Of a stretch of DNA of 64,000 bases, positions 1-11,789 are shown piece by piece (within the stretch, counting starts at the first letter, position 1; each line of letters starts with the position of its first letter). The translations under genes were made by a program, and so were the position numbers. This DNA comes from Octopus vulgaris (Eukaryota). The notes beneath the pieces are model-generated. The model saw only the letters and a program-made list of their open reading frames with translations. It did not search any database and was not told the DNA's origin. The stretch is from positions 91,698,001 to 91,762,000 of the forward strand of contig OX597822.1 in NCBI GenBank assembly GCA_951406725.2. The letters are read 5' to 3'.

Positions 1-125
1 GTTACTGTAGCTTTTAAGCCCCAGGAGATCATTGTCTCCAGCTGGCTTTAGACACAATTTCTGTGCCCGTGTGTCTAAAGCCAGCTGGAGACGATGATCT
101 CCTGGGGTTAAAAAGCTACAGTAAC
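1..125. repeat. Long inverted repeat (56-bp arms, 13-nt loop); may continue beyond the window start
   Basis: 1-56 is the near-exact reverse complement of 70-125. Confidence 0.9.
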
Positions 126-735
126 ACCCACCCCTAGTGGTTAGCCATATTGAGATGGCTAGTATACTTTACGTTAATTTAAATAACATATTTGGGGAAA
201 TCATTACATAATTATATCAATGAAGAAATAATTCGGGTATAAATTACGTGTGATGTTATTATTTATTAACAAAAATGGTCATTATAATACCCCTGTGATA
301 AGTAGAGTAAGGCTAATATCAACCCTACAACTTAAATGGTCAGCTAATATTTTTAAAAAAATAGCATTGTTTGGGTCTGTTAAAATACAAACACAAATTT
401 AATAAAATATTCAAGGAAAATTTAAGAAGGAGCCTTAAATACTAAAGGGCATAATAAATAAATAGGTACGGTGAGGAATCTGTTGTTATGCTATGAATAC
501 ATCTAAGAAAATTTCTAATAATTATTTAAATGACAAAAATTTTCATTTTTGTGAAATATAGCTAAAGGGAGATAACTATGCAAAACCATTTAAACATTAA
601 AATATATGAAGATCTATTAGCTTATACTCCTCATAAATTTCAACATTTAAATATTAACATAAATAAGCTTTTAAAATAAATTATCTGGTTATGTGATATA
701 ATATACAATATATAACATATAACATATGATATATA

Positions 736-1201
736 GGCGCAGGATTGGCTGTGTGGTAAGTAGCCTGCTTACCAACCACAAGGTTCCAGGTTCAGTCCCA
801 CTGCGTGGCACCTTGAGAAAGTGTCTTCTACTATAGCCTCGGGCCGACCAAAGCCTTGTGAGTGGATTTGGTAGACGGAAACTGAAAGAAGCCTGTCGTA
901 TATATATATAATTATAATTATCAAGTACTTACCCCGAATTTCTATATATATATATTTATATATATATATGTATATATATGTGTGTGTGTGTTTGTGTGTC
1001 TGTGTTTGTCCCCCAACATTGCTTGACAACCGATGCTGGTTTGTTTACGTCTCCGTAACTTAGCGGTTCAGCAAAAGAGACTGACAGAATAAGTACTGGG
1101 CTTACAAAGAATAAGTCCTGGGGTCGATTTGCTCGACTAAAGGCGGTGCTCCAGCATGGCCACAGTCAAATGATTGAAACAAGTAAAAGGGTAAAAGAGA
1201 G

Positions 1202-1202
<1 letters not shown>
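736..1202 (+). mobile_element. tRNA-derived SINE family A, full length
   Basis: Head GGCGCAGGA.TGGCTGTGTGGTAAG with A/B-box-like motifs (GGTTCAGTCCC), internal (TA)n/(TG)n tract, tail (TAAAAGAG)n; about 15 copies in the window. Confidence 0.9.
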
Positions 1203-1255
<53 letters not shown>

Positions 1256-1280
1256 TATCACACACATAAGTGTAAATATG

Positions 1281-1634
1281 CAACCACATGGTTCTGGGTT
1301 CAGTCCCATTGTGTAGGACCTTGGTTAAGTGTCTTGTACTATAGCCTCAGGCTGACCAAACTCTGTGAGTAGACATGGCAGACGGAATTGGAAAGAAGCC
1401 CATCGTATATATGTATGTATATGTTTGTGTGTCTGTGTTTGTTCCCCCCACACGCTTGACAACCGATGCTGGTGTGTTTTTGTCCCTGTAACTTAGCAGT
1501 TCGGCAAAAAGAGTCCAATAGAATAAGTACAAGGCTTACAAAGAATAAGTTCTGGAGTCGATTTGTTCAACTAAAGGCAGTGCCCCAGCATGGCCACAGT
1601 GAAATGACTGAAAGAAGTAAAAGAATAGAAGAAT
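1281..1634 (+). mobile_element. SINE family A, 5'-truncated and diverged
   Basis: Colinear with 736-1202. Confidence 0.85.
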
Positions 1635-2415
1635 GTATATATATATAAACCAACGTAAACATGCTTATTGGAAAAGCATACGCTGTAAGAACATAGCCAA
1701 CATTTACCAAAACTGGGGGGACATGAAGAGCCCAACACTCCCTAGAAAATTCCTTACCAAAGAATTAAGGGGTGAAACACTAGAAGAAACAACAATGCGT
1801 GCAAACCTAGCCCTTTGCCGACTAGAAACGGAAATTTCCCTTCTACAAACACGAAGTTTACACCAGGAAGATAAGATTAAAACAATTGATACTGTCATAA
1901 TGGCCGAAATAACAGAAAGGAACAATAACCAAAACGAAGAAAAACTACAACAATCATGGAAAGAGGATACCAAACGAGAGGAGAAAAGATCCAGAGTTAT
2001 GTGGACCAAACAACAGGAGTGGTTTTTAAATTACGAAAAGAACTATGGGGAAAAATCAATTATGAAGACAAAAAAACTACCAAAACAAATGAATAGATAC
2101 AACAAACCAACACCACAAACATATTGGACTCCCAGACATCCAAATAAGCCCTACCAAACACAAACCAAAATTCCGCTCATTACACTGCCGAACACCCCGA
2201 TAAACAGACACACAAAATATGAAGGACGACCATCAACCCAAAACCCACAAAGACAAACACACAAGCAGCAAGATGAACACGATACATACAACCAACAACC
2301 TATAACACTTGGAGAGAACAAACAGAATATGAACAACCACCAACACATAACACTGGGCATCCTAAATGGATACACACATGGAACAATAAACAAGTGGATA
2401 GAAATCAACACATAA
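1633..2415 (+). CDS. Open-frame fragment of an unknown, probably transposon-derived protein (helical/coiled-coil N-half, low-complexity C-half); possibly the N-terminal ORF of a PLE
   Basis: 260 codons without a stop in AT-rich DNA; (TA)n on both sides; start codon lies in the microsatellite edge, so 5'-truncated. Confidence 0.4.
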   Translation: MYIYINQRKHAYWKSIRCKNIANIYQNWGDMKSPTLPRKFLTKELRGETLEETTMRANLALCRLETEISLLQTRSLHQEDKIKTIDTVIMAEITERNNNQNEEKLQQSWKEDTKREEKRSRVMWTKQQEWFLNYEKNYGEKSIMKTKKLPKQMNRYNKPTPQTYWTPRHPNKPYQTQTKIPLITLPNTPINRHTKYEGRPSTQNPQRQTHKQQDEHDTYNQQPITLGENKQNMNNHQHITLGILNGYTHGTINKWIEINT

Positions 2416-2547
2416 ATATATGATATATGATATATGATGTATAAAAACATGTAATATACAAATAAATATTTGTAAATATAAAACCATCCGAATTTCTGAG
2501 TACCCTATTTCTTCTAATATAAAATACCTGTACATCATCTCCAAACC

Positions 2548-2605
<58 letters not shown>

Positions 2606-2737
2606 GTATGCAGGTTTAGTTCACAAGTGATCTAAGCAATTAAGTATGCTATGTAAGTGCTGAAACGAATTACTGAGGCTCCAAGGTTATAGCTGAGACA
2701 GTAGTTATGGATCCATTGCAGATTTCCAATGCAACGA

Positions 2738-2916
2738 ATATATAATTGTGAATGATGACAACAAACATTAATGCAAGGCAAACATCTCATGTTGTATACA
2801 ATATTATTTTTGGAAAAACTTCAAAGGCTTTGAACTTTTTCCAGTAATGATATTCTATACGAATTAAGATGTTTGCTTTGTCTTAATGTTTGTTGTCCTC
2901 TTTGACAATTATATAT
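2738..2916. repeat. Ungapped imperfect inverted repeat (~89-bp arms) centred at 2827
   Basis: Arms align without gaps; about 15 mismatches in 83 nt compared. Confidence 0.85.
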
Positions 2917-2965
2917 ATATATGTAAAATATATACATATATACACACACACACATATATATATAT

Positions 2966-3494
2966 GGTGGCTGCCCCCTGGTTATCGAGTATGGCCATTG
3001 CACGAAGCTTAATGAATGTTGTTATTGTGCAATGACTGTGCAAGAAGATTTTTTTTTTTAAAGTGAGGAAAGGCTGTGCACTGAGTCAATCCCACTCACT
3101 AAGCAACAGCAGCCATAATCCGAAAAGAAGAACAAGTCAACATCATCGGTAACCACTGAGCCGCAGGTTTTATGTCGGAGTTATCCCAGTCATGTGAGTT
3201 ACCTTCTCCTAGAAGGATGCCCTAACAAAGGTTAGGAGTCCTTCACTCCCAATGGCTTTCGAGTGCTACTGGTAACATGTAATCCAGTACAACCTGTTGC
3301 ATGGTCGGGTCGTTGGTGACTAAACTGGCAACCCCACCAAGCTTGCTTGGTGAGGAGGGTGTTTATTGGACAACCTGCGGGATGAAAAACAAAACCCGTT
3401 AAAGGGTGGAGGAACTTTTGAGAGTCAATGGCCATCCAATAAATGTCTTAAGGCTGTATCATGCGCGAGGACATAGAAATAATCGGACTGAATA
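2966..3494 (-). mobile_element. Non-autonomous RTE-like element (family E) with inverted 5' segment
   Basis: 2966-3255 is the reverse complement of 31752-32035; 3256-3494 is a direct match to 31495-31733; (TA)n on both sides. Confidence 0.8.
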
Positions 3495-3507
3495 TATATA
3501 TATATAT

Positions 3508-3900
3508 TTATATACAGACGAGCAATGCATCCCCGTGTTGCTCGGGTGTAATGACCTACAAACACATTGTATTATTTGTTCCTTTCGAATGGGCAGAATC
3601 GGCACAGCTGATATATAATTAATGGCTTACTGGAAGTTATTGCTAGTTTAATAGTGAAGGATGAGTGTACAACTTGCATGAGTTTGCATAAAAGTGCATT
3701 CTGAAGGTTCAGAAACTATGTATTGTTTCATCGTATAAAAGGGGTTAATATGATTTTGTATAGAAATCACATGTTGAAAATTTAGATTTTCCCCTATCCC
3801 ATGGCAATTTCTTAATTTGTAACTATTTTTCTAATTTTTTTCTTTTTTGTTATTATCTACATAGAAAAATACAGAGATTACGAATCTGGGAAACATATCT
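3508..3900 (-). mobile_element. Possible non-autonomous Helitron-like element
   Basis: Minus-strand hairpin CCCGAGCAACACGGG resembles the 3' hairpin at 10746-10758; terminal CTAG degenerate. Confidence 0.35.
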
Positions 3901-3903
3901 ATA

Positions 3904-3967
3904 TATAATCAAAAATAAGCAACAAGAATGGATCCGGATCCATTCTTGTTGCTTATTTTTGATTATA
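3904..3967. repeat. Perfect 64-bp palindrome with no spacer
   Basis: TATAATCAAAAATAAGCAACAAGAATGGATCC|GGATCCATTCTTGTTGCTTATTTTTGATTATA. Confidence 0.95.
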
Positions 3968-4077
3968 ATCACCCCGCATATTTTTATGGGTAATACCATA
4001 AAAAATTCTGGTGCATCTAAATTAAGAACCGTATTCATTTGAATCTAAATTGTTTGCTGAACTTATATATATATATA

Positions 4078-4288
4078 TACTCTTTTACTCTTTTACTTGT
4101 TTCAGTCATTTGACTGCAGCCATGCTGGAGCACCGCCTTTAGTTGAGCAAATCGACCCCGGGACTTATTCTTTGTAAGCCCAGTACTTATTCTATCGGTC
4201 TCTTTTGCCGAACCGCTAAGTGGCGGGGACATAAACACACCAGCATCGGTTGTCAAGCAATGCTAGAGGGACAAACACAGACACACAA

Positions 4289-4320
<32 letters not shown>

Positions 4321-4344
4321 ATATATACAACAGGCTTCTTTCAG

Positions 4345-4346
<2 letters not shown>
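4078..4346 (-). mobile_element. SINE family A, 3' part
   Basis: Reverse complement of family A tail and body. Confidence 0.85.
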
Positions 4347-4421
<75 letters not shown>

Positions 4422-4453
4422 TAGATAGGTAGGTAGGTAGATAGATAGATAGG

Positions 4454-4531
<78 letters not shown>
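4346..4531. repeat. Compound microsatellite (TA)n(GA)n(GATA)n
   Basis: Directly visible. Confidence 0.95.
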
Positions 4532-4920
4532 TACATATATATTTTTTATAGTTTAGCAAAAGTTATTATGCGTTACCAATATAAGAAAGTACAGAAAGTC
4601 AACATTTATTTTGAACAAGTACTAAATGTTATAAAATTCATGATTGAATGTGACAGTGAAGAAAGTAAAAGTTAAAGAAAATTCAGAAGGCATAATTCAA
4701 TTTATCATACAAAAATAATTTATTTTAGAAGTTTGAAATGAACACTGAACCAAGTGTATAGAAAGGAAGATGCTGTTGTGAACATTAATTTAAAATATTT
4801 GCTGAAGGATGTATGTTGGAAGATATAAATTAATTTTACATTACTATATATTATTTAACTGTGTCACATTATAGGCTGTAGGGTAAATACTGACTATATA
4901 ATATATAATACATACTGACT

Positions 4921-4978
<58 letters not shown>

Positions 4979-5124
4979 CACATACATATATAAAATATAC
5001 ATATATATATATGCATAAAATAGATATATATATTTATGTATGTATAAAATATATATATGTAGAATATATATATATATATGTATAAAATATATATATATAT
5101 ATGTATAAAACATATATGTGTGTT

Positions 5125-5164
<40 letters not shown>

Positions 5165-5245
5165 GAATTTACAAAAAAAAAGATGAAGACAGGTGTGTAA
5201 ACAACAAACAGATGTATTAGTTTAACACTCGAGAAGTGAGAAAGA

Positions 5246-5281
5246 CTTTTACATTTCGAGGCTACGCTCTTCGACAGAAAG
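5246..5281 (-). ncRNA. Minimal hammerhead-like variant (PLE type), degenerate
   Basis: Minus strand: cttt-CTGTCGA-a-gag(cgtagc)ctc-GAAA-tg-TA-aaag. Confidence 0.4.
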
Positions 5282-5669
5282 AAACACAAAAATAAACCAA
5301 TCTAAAGAGTGTGATGGGTGCTTTTATGTGGCATTGCACAGGCGTTTTTAGATGGCATTGCATGGGTGCTTATACGTGACACTGCCATCAGTGCTTTTCA
5401 CCACCAGAGAGACCATTCTTAACACTTCTGCTGTGGAGTATAGGTCTTCTTGAGTACAGCAAGGGACCCACTATTATGTCAAGATTAACCAAGATATAAC
5501 AACAAAACGTATATTTGATAACAGTGTGCAAAATATTTATACAATTAACTACACTAGTTATGATACAACAGTTCTTGAAATTAACCTTTATTTTGGTTTC
5601 TCATCTCATGTTTTGAAACCACTAGAAATATATTTGGAAATATTTACTTCTCAGAAATATAACCCAGTC

Positions 5670-6650
5670 TGAAAATAAGTGTACATGACTGGGCTTATGG
5701 TGGCCTTGTATACTCAAACAATGAGCACAGTTTGGACTGGGTGCTGAACACCCAACTTTTTCCCAGTTAGATTTGGGGTGTGTCAGGTTCGCGTTTTGCT
5801 TCTCATTTTGGTCATTATCCATATGGACTGGATACTTGTGTGAATGGTGGCTTCTTTGAATTGTGGAGAACTCATCGGTAAAACTAGGATTATTGGCCAG
5901 GATTTTGCAAATGATGCGGTTCTTCTTACTGAGTCTCTGGATGTCTAAATAGTACTCTCCTTCCACTAAGAGAGGAAGTGAAACCACTTGACCTTGGAGG
6001 TTCTTGTGTCAAGACAAAGATCCTGTGTTTTGTTGGCTTCCTGGGGGACTTCATCTTGTCTCTCTCTGTTATGAGTGAGAGCGTCAAAGTTGTTGACTGC
6101 TTCACTTACCTCAGTAGTGTGAACTATAACTGCATTAACTGCAAGCCTAAGGCCTTCAAAAGACTTGGATGTGCTGTTGCAGTCATGGACTCACTGGACA
6201 AGAATGTTTAGCACAACCCAATATCTGAACAGGAGAATGAAAGTTCAGGTCTTCTGATCTCTGACCCTTCCCATCTTGCTATCAGGATACTTTGCAGGAT
6301 TATGGGTTACCATTGGTCAGACTTCATACACAGCCAACGGTTATACTCTGAAAATGTGATGTATCCTATCATTCATATGAAATAGGAGTGTCAGCTCAAA
6401 CTGTTTGGCCATGTTGCTTGATTTTTCAAGTTGGATCCTGCATATTGCATTTTCTTCTCAAAGGAGCTGGCAGGGGTGATGACACATGTCAGTCATCCAA
6501 ATACCACATGGTCATGGCAGATGAGGAAATATCTCACAGAGAGAGGGACTGATTGGGAGGGTTGCTCAAGATGATCTAAGCAAATACCAACAAATGGTGG
6601 ATGCAACAATGAGCTCTCCAACAGTGTATGTCTCTATACCTGACCTGATT
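5670..6650 (+). mobile_element. Decayed RTE-clade LINE, RT C-terminal half
   Basis: Frame-broken motifs GVCQ..MDWIL, DFAND (from DFADD), KTKI, FTYLSS. Confidence 0.7.
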
Positions 6651-7709
6651 CAATAAAAAAGTAGAATTCTAAGATAAATATTTCAACCTCTTTAGTAGCT
6701 TAAATATGTTCACCAAGAAAGTGAAGAGCTGTTAGATACTACTGAATACCATCAATGAGATGCTGTTGTTTTTCTCTCTTTGTAAAGCATCTTTCAGTTC
6801 ACAGAATTCTCTTATACTAAAGTCTGGCAAATATTGCAAAAATAAACTCTCCTACCAAACAATATTTCTTTAGGATGACAATAAACAGTTTAACTCTTCT
6901 CAAATATTCACTTCTTTGTTATGGTAAGAACACTTATTCTACTTAACTATAGATAAATTATAACTGCCACTGATTGACAACTTCAGTGTCTATGTTTATC
7001 TACATGTAACTTTTACTTAAATACTATTTGTATTATCTCATCATGTTCTTAGCTTCTCCTAAGTATACTGTTTCATTTTTCTCTACTTTCTCACCAATGC
7101 ACTTGAATGAATGATATAACCAAAACTACTTTTTTTTCTATCTATTTTTAAACTGAGGTATTCTTAGCTATGTTCACTATTAGAAATATTCAAAATGGTT
7201 GCCACCATCTGATAACAGTGAGTTATATATAAATATAGAAGCTCTTTACTGAAAAAGCTAATAGTTTTAGAACATATTTTTGTAATATTTTTAAAACGAG
7301 TTTATTATTATAAGATTACTGTATTTGTAATATAAACCTATTGGCCTGGGCATCAGAAAACATATGAACATCATGGCATTTGACAGCAACAAAATACTAT
7401 TCTCATGGAAGTTTTCCAACAATGCTATATGCTGTAATGTAGTCATATATTAATAACTGGAACAGAAACAAACATTTGAGAGTACAGACACCGTTATTAA
7501 ATGTAAGTAGGTAGATTGGAAGAGAGTGAGGAAAATAAATGTAAGATAAGCACATATTTCCTATTGTGCCATCGTTCTTAGCCATGTGCAACCAACTATT
7601 TTTCTGTATCTGATATGAAGTCATAGGCAAATGAAGTGGCATCTTTTCTACCAAATGCACTCTCAATGCTTAAGAGTGCATTTGGTAGACTGAAACTGTC
7701 TGGAAGCCT

Positions 7710-8026
<317 letters not shown>

Positions 8027-8027
8027 C

Positions 8028-8225
8028 TGTGCAGGTGGCACGTAAAAAGCACCCAATCCACTCACGGAGTGGTTGGCGTTAGGAAGGGCATCCAGCCGTA
8101 GAAACTCTGCCAAATCAGACTGGAGCCTGGAGCGGCCCCTGGCTTCCCAGACCCCGGTCGAACCGTCCAACCCGTGCTAGCGCGGAAAACGGATGTTAAA
8201 CGATGATGATGATGATGATGATGAT
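8028..8225 (+). mobile_element. RTE-type 3' end / short non-autonomous element with (GAT)n tail
   Basis: GGTTGGCGTTAGGAAGGGCATCCAGC...GTTAAACGATGATGAT; the same sequence ends the RTE copy at 53796-54882. Confidence 0.8.
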
Positions 8226-8286
8226 ATATATATATATATAGACATATATATACATATATGTATGTATGTATGTATGTATTTATATA

Positions 8287-8329
<43 letters not shown>

Positions 8330-8868
8330 GTAGATATAAAGATGAGAATGTGTGTCTGTGTGAATCCCTAAAACTTGAGAACTACACAACCAATTTCATT
8401 CAAATTTTACACATGCCTTACTTAGGGTCCATGTAGTGTCACAGGCCAAAAAATTTTTTAACTTCTTGCCTAGTGCAAGCCCACACCAATATCATATCTT
8501 CTCCACTATTTCTGTATTACGTGTCAAAAGTGAAACAATAACATCTCTTTATTGTAATGTCAGATACTCTCACTTCAATAGTTTCATGTATGTATGTATG
8601 TATGTATGTGTGCGTGTGTGCGTGTATGTATGTATGTATATATGTATGTATGTATGTATGTATGGATGGATGGATGTATGTATGTATGTATGTATGTATG
8701 TGCGTATGTATATATATATATATATATCTATATATATACATACATATATATATATATACACATACATATGTATACATCTGCACAAATGTATATATATATA
8801 GATGTACATATATATATATGTATATATATATAGATGTATTTCTATAGATATGGATGTATATGTATACA

Positions 8869-8952
<84 letters not shown>

Positions 8953-9039
8953 TGTACATGTAATATGTACACATATATATACACATATATACATGCATAC
9001 ATATATATACACCCCCCCACACACACACATATATACATA

Positions 9040-9363
9040 GGTGCAGGTGTGGCTGTGTGGTAACAAACTTGGTTCCAAAACACATGGTCCTGGGTTCAGT
9101 CCCACAGTGTGGTGACTTGGCATGTGTCCTCTGGTATAGCCTCAGACCAACCAAAGCCTTGTTAGTGGGTTTTGTAGACAGAAACTGAAAGAAATCAATC
9201 GTATATATATATATGTATATACGTAAGTGTATGCATGTGTCTTTGTCTCTGTGTTTCTCCCACCTCACGGCTTCACAACTGCTGTTCGTTTATTTACATC
9301 CCCGTAGCTTACTGGTTTCACAAGAAGAAACTGATAGAATAAGTACCAGGTTTATCAAAATAA
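9040..9363 (+). mobile_element. SINE family A, diverged, 3'-truncated
   Basis: Colinear with 736-1110. Confidence 0.8.
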
Positions 9364-9421
9364 TAAAAAAAACACAAGGCAGTGTTTTATTTATTATGCC
9401 CACTCAGTTGTATCGATCAAT

Positions 9422-10489
9422 GACCTTTTTAACTGGTTGAAATCCTTCATCCTCAGCCAAAAGGAGGTAGTCACAGTTCTAGGACAGCACTCTACACCAT
9501 ATGAGATGTCATCGGGTGTACCACAGGGATCTGTCCTTGGTCCCCTCTTGTTTGTGGCATACATTAACGACATAGATGCCAATTTAAAGAATGCCACAGT
9601 ATTGAAATATGCAGACGACATCAAGCTGTACCTTGAAATCAAGAGGACAGATCCTGATGTCTACAACTCTTTCCTGCAATCAGACCTAGACACAATGCAG
9701 CAATGGATCACAGACTGGCAACTGAAACTGGCTGTGGACAAGTGTACCACCATGCATTTTGGGAGAAAAAACCCTGCGTTCACATACTCCCTCCACAACA
9801 CTGATATCAAGAAATCCTCTTGCGAGCGTGACCTAGGCATCACTGTCAGCAGTGATTTGCGTTGGTCAAAGCATATCTCTAAGATTGTCAGGAAGGCCGA
9901 GGGTGTCTTGGCATCACTCAGCAGGTCTTTTGTTAGCCGCTCTCCAGCCATCTATTTAAAACTGTATACAGCTATGGTACGACCACACTTGGAATTCGCA
10001 TCATCAGTTTGGAACCCCTATCTTGCACAGAACATTGATCTCCTGGAATCTGTCCAGAGACGTGCAACCAAACGCATACCCTCCATCAGACACCTACCAT
10101 ATTCTGAGCGCCTTGTTTCCCTGGGCATGGATTCACTGAAGCTCCGGCGTTTGGCGACGGACTTGGTAAACACCCACAAAGTTATCAACCACCTCACCAA
10201 CAACAACACTGAACACCTTTTTGATCTCCATGTGTCTAACACACGTGGACATGCCTACAAAGTCAGAAAACAATACAGCTCCCATGACTTTCGGAAACAT
10301 TTTTTCATGCTCAGAGTTGCTGAAGCATGGAATAAACTGCCTGCGTCAGTTGTTGACTGCCATGACACTGCATCTTTTAAGGCCCTCATGCTTTCCGAAA
10401 TCCGCCGAAACTACACCTGATTATATATACACTTTAGATGAGTTGTAGTGCACCTGAGCACTGTACACAATTATTATTATTATTATTAT
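9422..10489 (+). mobile_element. 5'-truncated CR1-clade LINE, apparently young
   Basis: Uninterrupted RT frame, short 3' UTR, (TTA)n tail. Confidence 0.9.
9437..10420 (+). CDS. CR1-type reverse transcriptase C-terminal half (truncated ORF2)
   Basis: GVPQGSVLGPLLF, YADD, VRPHLEFA..VWNPY, LESVQRRATK, TRGH, WNKLP motifs. Confidence 0.9.
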   Translation: MKSFILSQKEVVTVLGQHSTPYEMSSGVPQGSVLGPLLFVAYINDIDANLKNATVLKYADDIKLYLEIKRTDPDVYNSFLQSDLDTMQQWITDWQLKLAVDKCTTMHFGRKNPAFTYSLHNTDIKKSSCERDLGITVSSDLRWSKHISKIVRKAEGVLASLSRSFVSRSPAIYLKLYTAMVRPHLEFASSVWNPYLAQNIDLLESVQRRATKRIPSIRHLPYSERLVSLGMDSLKLRRLATDLVNTHKVINHLTNNNTEHLFDLHVSNTRGHAYKVRKQYSSHDFRKHFFMLRVAEAWNKLPASVVDCHDTASFKALMLSEIRRNYT

Positions 10490-10512
10490 AATTTTTTTTG
10501 TGTGTGTGCACG

Positions 10513-10552
<40 letters not shown>

Positions 10553-10811
10553 AAAAATATATAAATTGATCGATACAACTGAGTAGGCATAATAAAAATA
10601 AGACACTGCCTTGTGTTTTTTTTTAGGGTCTGTTAAGAAGGAAAGAACCTTCATCTGCAATTTTGATGAAATTCGAATCATAGGTATTCCAGTTCATTAC
10701 AGAAAATATAAAAGAAAAGTCTAATTCTTCAATTGCATGTAACATGGGCAACGCCGGGTATCTCTGCTAGTATATATAATGTGTGTGTGTGTGTGTGTGT
10801 GCGTATGTATA

Positions 10812-10859
<48 letters not shown>

Positions 10860-10955
10860 CATACATATATATACATTCAAAATGTGACCGCGTGTGTACC
10901 GTTGGCGATTTTTTTTTCCTCTGTCTTCCCTTCTTTGGATCTTTCCTTCTCCTAT

Positions 10956-10990
10956 GTTTCCGACGAAGAGCTCTGCTTGAAACGTTAAAC
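10956..10990 (+). ncRNA. Minimal hammerhead-like variant in a ~215-bp TA-flanked cassette (10876-11090)
   Basis: gttt-CCGACGA-a-gag(ctctg)ctt-GAAA-cg-TT-aaac; palindromic AACGTT at stem III. Confidence 0.45.
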
Positions 10991-11090
10991 CCTCCTTCTT
11001 TCCTTCTTTCCTGAGCGTCCAATAATACTATATTTGTTCCACGTCCTCGTGTTGTTGTGTTTTTTTGTGCTTTCTTGTTTGGATTAACTT

Positions 11091-11228
<138 letters not shown>

Positions 11229-11789
11229 TATAAATATATCATGCGATAGAAGCAGTCTTAGATTAAAATGACCATTGATATACCATACTTAATGTAAATA
11301 CATTGTGAGAGGCAAATTTACTATGATATTTAGCATTCATCTAGAGATAATATTTCTCATGGGCTTGCTGAGTTTGGAAAAACAATATACATTAGAAGAA
11401 AATCGTCCAAACAGTTACAAGTGAGAATGTTAGATGTGTTTCAGCCTGATTGGCCATTTTCAATAGCATATACTTACAGCTAGCAAACCTAGATGAAATT
11501 TGCTTCCACTGATGAATGGGAAAACAGTGAAAGACAATCCTTGGCATTGCAAATAGCTGCCCTGGATGAATATAGGTCCTTTATATGCAACAGAAGCAGT
11601 ATTAGGCTAAAGTATCTATTTATATCATCAGAGATATTAATTGGACAGATGACAAAAACATGAATGGCAAATTACTAACACATCTCTGATTATTAGATAA
11701 CATTGTACTCATCACTAAAACCACGAACCAGCTATAGACCATGCTAACAAAGCTGGGCACCCATAGCTCAGCAATAGGCTTTAAAATGA

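Larger units (their letters stand above)
9364..10625. repeat. Palindromic element split by a CR1 insertion
   Basis: 9364-9421 is the reverse complement of 10565-10625; inner TTTTTTGTGTGTG-(TA)n-CACACACAAAAAA is also symmetric. Confidence 0.8.
8327..10770 (+). mobile_element. Non-autonomous Helitron-like element carrying nested insertions
   Basis: A|TC start; 3' GGGCAACGCCGGG...CTAG|T; 5' portion repeated at 29133-29350. Confidence 0.55.

Noticed and set aside
5622-5987. 121-aa minus-strand ORF
   Set aside because: Antisense to a decayed RTE RT on the + strand
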